Shown here: positions 55,801-64,000 of the stretch, one piece after another
Numbering within the stretch: position 1 is the stretch's first letter
How the letters are laid out: every line of letters starts with the position of its first letter
Assembly: GCA_040954595.2 (NCBI GenBank)
Contig: CM082588.2
Span: 3,432,513-3,496,512 of the forward strand
Source: Balanoglossus misakiensis
Taxonomy: Eukaryota; Animalia; Hemichordata
Length of the DNA stretch: 64,000 nt
Direction: 5' to 3'
Notes under the pieces: generated by a model
What the model was told of the DNA's origin: nothing
The model's input: the letters and a program-made list of their open reading frames with translations, nothing else
Databases searched by the model: none
Position numbers and translations under genes: made by a program

Positions 55801-58800
55801 TAAAATTAATTGTTATTATAATGAGTTTCTATTGTTTCTATTGTTTCAGGCCGCTCACTTACTGCAGGCTCCCAAAAGCAGCGAGGACGACATCGCCTCC
55901 ATCAGTTCCACCTGCTTCAAACTGAACTCCTTGCAACTGCGGAAGTTGCTAGAGCTCTACATCCCCAGCGGTGGTCACCCGCGGATCCCGCCGCAGCTCA
56001 TCGACAGCGTGGTCGCCGTGGCGCAGAACACCGCCGACGAACTCACCCGCAGCGACGGCCGGGAGGTGAAGCTGCAAGAGGATCCGGATCTGCAGCTCCC
56101 GTTCCTGCTTCCGGAAGACGGTTACTCCTGCGACATCATCCGTGGCGTTCCCAATGGCTTGCCGGACTTTCTAGCTCCGTTGGAAAGTACAGGTGTGTGA
56201 TTTGATCTGTTCACATTGTGTATGAATTTGAACAAAGAAAAAAAGATGTCCAGCTCTGTCATTTAGCAATTTACGAAAACCAGCATTCGACTTGAAAATG
56301 TTTGTTTTTGGCCTTGCAGGTTTGTGTCGTCTGACAATACATGCATCAGCCAGGGGCAACTGGACGGTCTATTTTGTTGGAGGCAGTGGCGATGCAGGGA
56401 AGTCTCCCGTTGAAGGTCTCAGTGCTGTGAATGCCCAGCAGGCACCTGCCCAGCAACAGGTATGGTCTACCCCTTCCACCCCTATATCCATGTGGATTGG
56501 TCCGGCCACAACATTGCAAACAAAGGGTTGAAACCATGTACAGTTGTGGAGGGGGATATCTCTGTATTTTGGTTGCAGGTTGCTCTCTATACATTTGTAT
56601 TGAATTTTAGAATAGTGTAAAACCTAATTTCAGAGAAGCAGTAAGGCTTGCCAAGTAATCCATTCAGAAAGCATATCAACTCTTATGCGTTATTTCCCAT
56701 CCTATCACAGGGTATTCCGTATGATACCAACATCCCACCCGGAGAAGCAGAAATTTATACCGTGTCATTTACCAAAGGAAACACCGGAATGGGTCTTAGT
56801 ATAGTTGCTGCAAAGGTGAGTAGCATATCATCCCTCATATATTCTCCCCTACCACCCCCACAAGAGTTAAAAAAAGACAATGTGTTATAAAAAAAACCCT
56901 ATATATACACATAGCAGTGCCAACTGTGAAGTCGGTTAGGATATCAATACTGTATATGTGAAATATTTACATAAGAACAGCCTCTCCAAATAAGCGTGAA
57001 CATTTGCATATAAATAGTTTGTGCGTGGCTTGGCTGGCTGTTAGACGCAATACGACCTGGTGGGCGTTCAGCCAGGCTGATCAAACAGGTATAGTTTTAC
57101 ATTGCTTACATTTCAAATAATGCTGAGGTTTGTTGGCTTGGTTTGTTGGCTTGGGTCTCATTGGCATTTTTCCATTGGGCAGGCGACAGACAGGTGAGCT
57201 TAGTTTTATGATTTTGGTCAGTGGAGAGGTTGGGGAAAGTGACTGTATTTTAAAGGGATGAAGATGATTTGAATGTTGGTGGTTGATTTAATGTATAGAT
57301 CACTAGTGAAGCATGTATGAGCTTTGACAAAACAGGTTCATGTGTGTCTGACACCTTTGTGTAGAATTTTGCCATTTAGTGTGGACTTGTGATGTTATGT
57401 TACAAAATTGCTAGGCTAGATAAATTAATATACTTTGGTTTTAAAAAAAATTCACTTATCATAGAAAAGCTACAAGAATATTGTAAAATAGCTGTTGGTT
57501 TGTTTTTAAGATGAGATGCATATTTCTGTACTGAGGTTCTGTTAACCTTTCATGAAAGTACATGTACAGGAAGTTTGACTCCCGGTGAAGATTTGCAAAT
57601 TTTTCGGATTTTATCACATAGCAGCAAAAGGAAATCTATTATTTTGTCTCAGAGTGAAAGCTGTTTGGAAGCAGAAAACAAGCGAAGTGGGGGTGACTCA
57701 CCTTGTGGCTTGAAGACATTGGAATACCTGCACACACACACTCACACACGCCACTCTGAATGCCTATTGTTCACTCACTGAAACCCAACCTGTTTATATA
57801 CGTGTGGCTATTCAATCCTAGGTCAGGCACGAAAATCTGAGAATGTTCTTTGTGTCTATAAGCATCAGCAAATTCATACCCTAAGTTCATTAATACTATT
57901 CTAATTTTGTTGTTGATTTTTTTTAAAGTTCAGAAATGCCTTTTTATGAGTTTTGTGTGTTTTATGACCAACATAATTTGTCATAAAAAAGTGTACAATA
58001 ATTCCTGTTGGTATACATATAGAATTGAACTGTGGTTCTGTTCAAGTTCTGAAAACGTTTTTTGTATTTTGACAATTTCAGGGATTTAATCAAGAAAGGT
58101 TGGGTATATACATAAAGTCTGTAGTCAAGGGAGGTTCAGCATTTCATGACGGCAGATTGCGTGATGGAGATCAGTTGTTAGAAGTCAATGGTAACAGTTT
58201 GGTTGGTGTTACACAAGAAAGGTAAGTCTGCTCTCGACAACTTTAAAGCTCCATAGCTGTATATTTTCGTAAGCCTTTTTGTTTTGTGTATCTACTGCAG
58301 TTTCTTGTTCAAATTCCTGAAATCTCCAGCATTTAGATAATGTAGATTTGACTGTAGTTTGAAATGCAAGATTTTTTTATTGTTTGCAGAGCTGCTGAGT
58401 TGATGAAACAGAGTGGAACTCATGTGACACTAGTAGCTGCTAAACAAGGTGCTATCTATCACGGTCTCGCTACACTGTTAAGCCAGCCCTCTCCGACCAT
58501 GCAGAGAGGTGAGTTCACTTTCTAATGTTCCAATAAAATGAATTTTCAAATGTGTTAAAGTTGCCAAGTCAGGGCATAAAATCAGTGTAGTACAAATAAC
58601 CATTGACGATGGTCACAAGTCATTATCGTTAGTAACCAGACCCTGCAATTTTGCACCCAACAGCAATGCCACCACGTCAGCTGCCCAGACCGAAAAGCGA
58701 GGACATTTTGAGGTCGCAGAACGACAACCGTTGGCGGACAGACCCGGCTGCCAGCAAGAGATTGCCCACACACAGAGAAGCTGAGGATGTCAATCGTGCT

Positions 58801-61800
58801 CGCTATCCAATGCAACCGACCAGAGATGCAGATAAATCAAAATCGTCACCGAATCTTCTAGGTGAGTTGCTTGGAGACTGTTGCTAAGGGCATCATGGCA
58901 GCCATGTTTTTTCCAGTGGCCAGAGACTGTTGCTAAGGGCATCATGGCAGCCATGTTTTTTCCAGTTGCTAGAGACTGTTGCTAAGGGCACCGTGGCAGC
59001 CATGTTTTTTCCAGTGGCCAGAGACTGTTGCTAAGGGCATCATGGAAGCCATGTTTTTTCCAGTTGCTAGAGACTGTTGCTAAGGGCATAGTGGCAGCCA
59101 TGTTTTTCCAGTATCTTTGTAATTATCTGAATATTGTTTTCTGCTTGTAGCTTTCCTTGTAATCATTTTTCATTCACAATAATCTTACCAGAGACACTTA
59201 TATATCACTTGTATTGTTCTATTTTCAGATGACATGTCGAGGGGTGGAAATAAGATGCGAGGTGCTTCAACCAGTGATTTGTACGAGAGATACAAGAAGG
59301 ACCCTTACTACACACTGCCCAGAGACAAAGCCAGACATGCATCGGCGTCTGATCTCATAGACCAGCCACCCAGACAGGAGGTTCGCCCGGCCATGCCACC
59401 AGAGTCTGATACTGCCATGAGGTCCAAGTCGACGTCGAACTTGGACCCAGTCAGCTACGACCGGATGGACCCTGTTCGACACACCCAGTCGACGATGAAC
59501 GTGAAGGGTTATCCGTCGCCGTACCAGAGAGACGACAGGCAGCCTTCAACTCCCATGGGACCCAAGACGTCAACTCCGGAAATCATGATGTACAGCCAGT
59601 CGCCAAGACCAGGGCAGCCACCCCAGCAGCGGTTTGGACTTCGTCCCACGGCAGCGTACAGCGACCAGCAGAGTCCTCTACCGCAGTCACCAAGCGGGTA
59701 CCCTGTGAGAGCGCAAGAACCACCGCCGCCGAGAGTGGAAACTTATCGTCCTCCCGGACGCCAACAGACACCCCAGCAGAGGCCTTACACACCGCAAAGG
59801 GAAGAACCTCCACAAAGATACACACCCCAGCGAGAAGAACCCCCACAGCAAAGATACACTCCGCAAGGGGTCACACCACAACAGAAAGCGTACACTCTAC
59901 CGCGAGAAGACCCCCAGCATAGGATGTACTCTCCACAGAGGGAGGAAGTGCCCCCGCAACCGCGGACGTACACTCCCCAGAAAGAAGAACCACCGCAGCA
60001 GCAGAGAGCGTTCACCCCGCAGAGAGACGAGCCACCTCCACCGCAACAGCAACCTGTCAGAGTAGCTGATCTGTACGCCAAGCCGTACCGCCCCCCAGCA
60101 CAGCAGCCGAAGCACCCAGTGCCCTCGGAGCCACTGCCACCCCCGCCACCATCAACAAGTTACGAGGACGTGCCGTCGGACTTTCCACCACCCCCTCCGG
60201 ACTTGCCACCACCACCGGGCGACCTCGGGGGACCGTACGCCAAGCAGCAGCAGCCTCTGTCCGCATCGCAGCAACTGCTGCGGAACCAGCCGGGGACCCC
60301 GACGCACTCGGCCAGCAGTTCGCTCGAGCGGGGCCAGAAGAAGCGGGACCTGATGGAGGACCAGAGGCGCTGGCACGAAGAGCAGAAACAGCGCATGAAG
60401 GTGGAGAGCAGCGTGCGGCTGAGAGAGAAGCAGCGGGCCGCGGAGCTGCAGAGGGGACAGTACGCCACTCTGCCGGCCAACTTGTCAGACAACAGGAATC
60501 GTCACTCAGAGTACATGCCACAGACCGCAGACAAACCAGCACAGAATCCCAACAGGGTCTCGGCCTATGGGGACCTGCCAGCGCGCCAGCCACCACCTGT
60601 CAAGGAGAAGCCGAAACCACCACCGAAGCCCAGAACACAGTCACAATCAGCCCCCAAAATAACAGTCAGTGCGGCCCCAACAACTGAGGCTCCACGGTCA
60701 AGGTACGAGTCTTCTGTTGACGACTTGCAGTACAGAGCCGATGGACAATCTCCGGCAGTGCCGCAGGTTAAGAAGGAAGTCTCAGGCGGTCCAACTATCT
60801 CTCCATCTCCGTGGACACGCGAGCAGAAAGAGAAAGAGAGCGCCGCCAGAGAGGAGGCCTTGAAGAGAAGGATTGATGAGGAGATACAGTATCTGGAGAG
60901 TATTGAAAACCGCAGCCCGGAGCAAGAAGAGAAACTCAGCAACTTGAAGATGGAGGTGGAATTCCAGCGTCGTGTTGAGGAGCTGAAGTCCAAGTCGCAG
61001 GACGACGATGATGATGCTGACTCGGACAAAGACATGAAAGACACGGCCATGGGACGAGGACGAATGCTGAAGATGATGCAAGAGGATCTGGAGTCGGCCC
61101 GGCAGAGAATCAAATCCAACGACGATCAGAGGACGTACTATGAAGAAGAGCAGGAGAGGGACAGACTGGACAGGCAGGAGCAGCGACTCCAGCAACTGCA
61201 GCAGGAGAGGGAAAGCGACAAGATGCGACAGGCGGCGAGGCAGGAGAGGCAAGAGAGGGAGCAGGAACAGTGGATGCAGCGGCAGAGGGAACTCCGGGAG
61301 CAGCACCGGAGGGAGATGGAGGAGAGCGCCCGGCTGCAGCAGCTGGAAGAGGAGCGGCAGAAGCAGGCGCAGCTGGAAGAGTTGAGGAAGCAGAGGGAGG
61401 CGGAGAAGGCGGCGCGCCGAGAACTGGAGCTGAAGAGGGAGGCCGAGGAGCGGTTGATCAGGCAACGGGAGGAGGAGATGCGAGCCAGGCACGAGCAGCA
61501 GAAGAGAGAGCAGGAGGAGCGCGAGAGGGAATTGGCGGAGGAGAGACGGCGCCTAGAAAGCCAGCTGCAAGCAGAGAGAGATGCTAATGTCTACTATGCC
61601 AAGCCGTATCAACCCTACAAGGAGGAAGATGATGTGGTTCACACGACGGTGAACTCCTACCACGTGCCAGGCCCGGAGAAGACGCAGATCGCACCGATGC
61701 CACCTGTGGTTTCCGCGCCGCCGCCTCCCGAGAGAAAGTCATCGTACAACACCCTGGAGAGAAACACGTACGGCCAGAGAGCAGATGTGCAACAGCCTGG

Positions 61801-62233
61801 CCAACCAGGGCAAGGGACGAAGAAGGTCTCATTCCACGACACTGCTCAGTCCTACCCAGCGCAGGACGACTACTCCAATTCAGCATACCGCGCCAGTACG
61901 GCCAGTTCCAGCAGCGGCGGTTCCACAGCATCGCCGGCGTACAGCCAGGAGTTCGTCAGCCCCAATAACACCAACAACATGGCCACGTACACGACAGCCC
62001 CGACGCCAGGTGTCATCGGAGCCCAGGAAATCTACAACGATCCAAGAGCCCGCATCCAGGCAATGCAAGCGGCACAGAAGCAGAAGAGTGCGGTTCCCGA
62101 CAGGATGTCCTTCAGAGACAAAATGAAAATGTTTGCTGATGAAATCGGCGAGGGCTCACCACAAGAGAAACCTAAAACCTCAAAGTGGGAGAGAGACTTT
62201 CTGGCACTGAATACAAGCCTGAACGGAACATGA
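37753..62233 (+). CDS. AFDN: Afadin / AF-6 / canoe (RA1, RA2, FHA, DIL, PDZ, Pro-rich, coiled coil, F-actin-binding C-terminus), 23 coding exons, about 2157 aa
   Basis: join(37753-37863, 48814-49006, 49223-49332, 49517-49621, 49724-49907, 50108-50265, 50418-50541, 50684-50836, 51025-51125, 51451-51639, 52020-52124, 53833-53890, 54157-54362, 54541-54686, 54821-54921, 55134-55513, 55850-56192, 56320-56459, 56711-56815, 58082-58221, 58390-58508, 58664-58861, 59229-62233) = 6474 nt, all GT-AG, phases consistent. Hallmarks: WNANRLDLFE, DLEFHGVMRFFFQD, SFTRSISNPEAVMRRRRQ, RCRVNAALTIQLFSQLFHF, GMGLSIVAAK, PGVIGAQEIYNDPR. Confidence 0.96.
38469..38510. repeat. Near-perfect inverted repeat (palindrome)
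   Basis: TATGAAA-cga-GATATCACCTC-a-GAGGTGATGTC-ga-TTTCATA. Confidence 0.75.
46346..46470. repeat. Degenerate TG-rich tandem repeat in afadin intron 1
   Basis: Recurrent (cattgc)-gtgtgtgtat(a/g)tt(t/g)cag(a/g)ctgt units. Confidence 0.6.
48814..49006 (+). CDS. AFDN: Afadin exon 2 (RA1)
   Basis: DLEFHGVMRFFFQDAGSRVSTKCVRVSS...LYEVHVTG. Confidence 0.95.
49223..49332 (+). CDS. AFDN: Afadin exon 3 (RA1 end)
   Basis: ERKLRGSERPLLVQLNWGKDDREGRFLLKKE. Confidence 0.93.
49517..49621 (+). CDS. AFDN: Afadin exon 4 (Lys-rich)
   Basis: LSYFENEDYMQNFKKKSPKKDKRDKRKKDKKADKK; ttacag/gtaag. Confidence 0.88.
49724..49907 (+). CDS. AFDN: Afadin exon 5
   Basis: KLYSAVPDSSFTRSISNPEAVMRRRRQLKLEQRL..DGRPDS. Confidence 0.93.
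50108..50265 (+). CDS. AFDN: Afadin exon 6 (RA2)
   Basis: GGMLKVYGETLFPDVPYRTIL...EYCLVK. Confidence 0.93.
50418..50541 (+). CDS. AFDN: Afadin exon 7 (RA2)
   Basis: VVVPPG...KETILDDDERPLPLIIRYPKSK. Confidence 0.9.
50684..50836 (+). CDS. AFDN: Afadin exon 8
   Basis: SLMFQLKRRPPGYQPRKK...DRLPFLLELAP. Confidence 0.92.
51025..51125 (+). CDS. AFDN: Afadin exon 9 (FHA start)
   Basis: GSEIRDYRPQVHRVQPNMTEIGSERSSSGQFLQ. Confidence 0.9.
51451..51639 (+). CDS. AFDN: Afadin exon 10 (FHA)
   Basis: LFAPTIHPRHCVITNMDGAVTVTP...LRFGKMHTYRFCDP. Confidence 0.93.
52020..52124 (+). CDS. AFDN: Afadin exon 11 (probably alternative; acceptors at 51960/52017/52020 all in frame)
   Basis: ARRGREMAEAGVNYETTFDVDGHIETVSSPPPHLK; symmetric phase 0, weak AAG|gtgctg donor. 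Confidence 0.7.
53833..53890 (+). CDS. AFDN: Afadin exon 12
   Basis: EQKGRFDDILPATLEFKET. Confidence 0.9.
54157..54362 (+). CDS. AFDN: Afadin exon 13 (DIL region)
   Basis: EDAFLAAIISEVNGAAVHFKLAPTYCLYL... Confidence 0.94.
54541..54686 (+). CDS. AFDN: Afadin exon 14 (DIL)
   Basis: ENRDVAGALSFWMANASEFLHFLKQD... Confidence 0.94.
54821..54921 (+). CDS. AFDN: Afadin exon 15 (DIL)
   Basis: HLVLCMQQELEISMPAFLDP... Confidence 0.92.
55134..55513 (+). CDS. AFDN: Afadin exon 16 (DIL)
   Basis: ...LLRRCRVNAALTIQLFSQLFHF...AEKQGLELAADCHLSRIIQ. Confidence 0.94.
55525..55865 (+). repeat. Local direct duplication of intron 16 sequence plus the exon 17 acceptor
   Basis: 55525-55601 resembles 55749-55826 (cagtgttcttcccagaa..tgcataa..aattgtta..ataatgagt); TGTTTCAGGCCGCTCACTTACTGC occurs at 55724-55747 and 55842-55865. 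Confidence 0.9.
55850..56192 (+). CDS. AFDN: Afadin exon 17 (DIL end)
   Basis: AAHLLQAPK...TCFKLNSLQL...LQEDPDLQLPFLLPEDGYSCD. Confidence 0.94.
56320..56459 (+). CDS. AFDN: Afadin exon 18
   Basis: LCRLTIHASARGNWTVYF... Confidence 0.9.
56711..56815 (+). CDS. AFDN: Afadin exon 19 (PDZ start)
   Basis: ...EIYTVSFTKGNTGMGLSIVAAK|gtgag. Confidence 0.92.
58082..58221 (+). CDS. AFDN: Afadin exon 20 (PDZ)
   Basis: GFNQERLGIYIKSVVKGGSAFHDGRLRDGDQLLEVNGNSLVGVTQE. Confidence 0.94.
58390..58508 (+). CDS. AFDN: Afadin exon 21 (PDZ end)
   Basis: AAELMKQSGTHVTLVAAKQGAIYHGLATLLSQPSP. Confidence 0.94.
58664..58861 (+). CDS. AFDN: Afadin exon 22
   Basis: MPPRQLPRPKSEDILRSQ...KSKSSPNLL. Confidence 0.88.
58874..59112. 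repeat. 49-bp minisatellite, about 4.9 copies
   Basis: Unit GAGACTGTTGCTAAGGGCATCATGGCAGCCATGTTTTTTCCAGT(GGCCA/TGCTA) starting at 58874, 58923, 58972, 59021, 59070. Confidence 0.95.
59229..62233 (+). CDS. AFDN: Afadin terminal exon (Pro-rich, coiled coil, F-actin-binding C-terminus)
   Basis: attttcag acceptor; 1000-codon open frame with SPSPWTRE, KLSNLKMEVEFQRR, KKVSF, PGVIGAQEIYNDPR, MSFRDKMKMF. Confidence 0.93.
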
Positions 62234-64000
62234 GAAGGAGACCGTGAATTGTGTTTCTATCAAGGACATATCTTTGTGGACAGCTGCAAGCATGTGTAGA
62301 GATGTCTTCCTCTTTCAAAATGACAATTTTCTGGACCCTTTTTGTTGAAAGACTTTACAGTCTTTCTGCTGGAAATAGAAGCAATGTACGTTGTCTAACA
62401 TTTTCATTGACTTTTTTTATTGTATAAGGAGGTTCGCGTTAATCATTTGGTTATACCTTTGAGAAATCAACACTCTGATGATAGCATTTTAAATGGAAGT
62501 TGGGAAATTTTTAATGGGGCACTTTGGGCAGCAAGGCTTCTGAAATTATCGTGAATGGGCTAACCTACAAGGAAGGGGCATATCATCTACTTCAGAAAAA
62601 GAGGGTTTTTTTTGAGAAAAAAAAGGCAAGAAAATAAGATTTAAAAAAATGAAAACTGGGCGTTCTAAACCAAATTATTTTTGTTTTATAGAAAATAGAC
62701 AAGTACTAAAAACATTGACCCAGACCCCCTATGTATATGTAGAGTTAGAAAAAGCCCCCTTAGTAGAATGTAAAATTTGAAGAAAATGCCCTGTGTGTAT
62801 AAAAAGCTTCAACTGGCACAATTTACATGTCTAGAGCGTTCCTTTTTGTATGGTTGGGTGTGTGCCAGCAACACAGAAACTTTAACATTAATCCTCATTG
62901 TCTACAACTAATTTTTCCACTGAAATAGACATAGAAGTACAGTAGCGAAATCGCCCATCTGTGTGTATATACTAAAAAAAGATTAATTTTCTAATTAAGG
63001 TTCAAGAACAGAAATTGTCAATTATATTTTGTAAGATAAAAAGTGTGCTCCATATTGGGTGGTCTGGAGTGATAGTAGTAAAAGATGGGTTGAGGTTCTG
63101 AACCCTAAAATGTATCTGAAAGGCAGTGCTAGTTTGGCATTCAAATGGCTGTGAAAAGTAAAACTAAAGTTCAAGATTATTTATGACCTTAAGTTCGTTC
63201 CACAGGTTAGTTTCCATAAGAAAATAGATAACTAGCTAAATCTGACATTTTTTTCCTTTTCTGTTTTAAACAAATGTGAAAATGATATTTTTTGTTCAGT
63301 TTGTGTCAGGCTTTTTTCAGATGAGAATTGTTTTTATGAATTGTCATTTTCACAGCTAGGATATATTGTAATCTTTAGACAGAATTTGAATGTCACTACA
63401 CAACCAGTATGAGAATTAGATAAGCTGTCTGAAGACAGACCCGGGCATTTCGTCCCGAGTGAGGTTTCTAGGTAATGTTAGATTGTGAGAAACATTGATG
63501 CAGTTTGTATAAAGTGTTTTCGCAACTTCTGCCTATGTGAGGAAGGAAAAATGGTTGATATAGTTCATTGACTCAGTTTTCTTTTGATTTGATGTTGAAT
63601 TGCGTCATGTATGAAATTGTACTGCGCTTGCTGCGGTAGTCTGCGTTGCCAGTAGTTTTTGTGGGTGCAGCAAACAGTATTCCACTTTGACCCATAGCGT
63701 AGAAGTTAGCAAGCAATTTTTTTCTCAATGAGAACTCAAATTTTGAAACGCTCTGGGCTAAATTAATTGCCTGGTTTAGTATAAATTTTCTAGTTCAAAA
63801 ACAGGTTTGAAATGTTTCGATTGATGTGAGGTAGGAGGTCGTGTAAAGGATTGTGGGTCAAGTAGTCCAAAATATGGGGGTGAGGTAATTACTATTTTAT
63901 TGAGAATCATGGTATATACAGGGCATGCATGGCCATCTTTCTATTTTTTATATGAACTGGTTTTTACTGACAGTTGTAGAGCTGAATAGAACGCTTCAAA

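Noticed and set aside
58874-59112. Regularly spaced repeat superficially like a CRISPR array
   Set aside because: No unique spacers, eukaryotic intron, no cas genes; it is a tandem minisatellite
59583-62068. Long antisense and alternate-frame ORFs overlapping the afadin terminal exon (e.g. 60782-61492, 236 aa)
   Set aside because: Shadow ORFs from GC-rich, low-complexity Glu/Gln/Arg/Pro codons
62574-62762. Possible MITE in the afadin 3'UTR (AAGGGGC...GCCCCCTT)
   Set aside because: Inverted ends too short and imperfect, and no clear target-site duplication

Overview
Eukaryotic (intron-rich, GT-AG) genomic DNA from an invertebrate bilaterian; the gene content (a Dlish orthologue plus vertebrate-like sim and afadin exon junctions) fits a non-vertebrate deuterostome or similar lineage, but the species cannot be fixed from sequence alone. 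I reconstructed four protein-coding genes by splicing exons by hand and checking phase at each junction. (1) First coding exon (bHLH) of single-minded (sim), minus strand, 11686-11860; the rest of the gene appears to lie left of the window. (2) A complete 7-exon mitochondrial ribosomal protein S15, minus strand, 29060-30794. (3) A triple-SH3 adaptor orthologous to Drosophila Dlish/Vamana, plus strand, 33627-34905, first coding exon not found. (4) A complete 23-exon afadin/canoe, plus strand, 37753-62233, about 2157 aa. About 28 kb around sim is non-coding and CpG-rich. Almost all other ORFs in the track are spurious. I found no tRNA, rRNA, CRISPR array or coding transposon, and no clearly novel biological system. 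The best leads are splicing oddities in afadin (a duplicated decoy acceptor, candidate microexons in the PDZ, a 49-bp minisatellite of decoy acceptors), the Dlish-afadin tandem, and possible ancient synteny.
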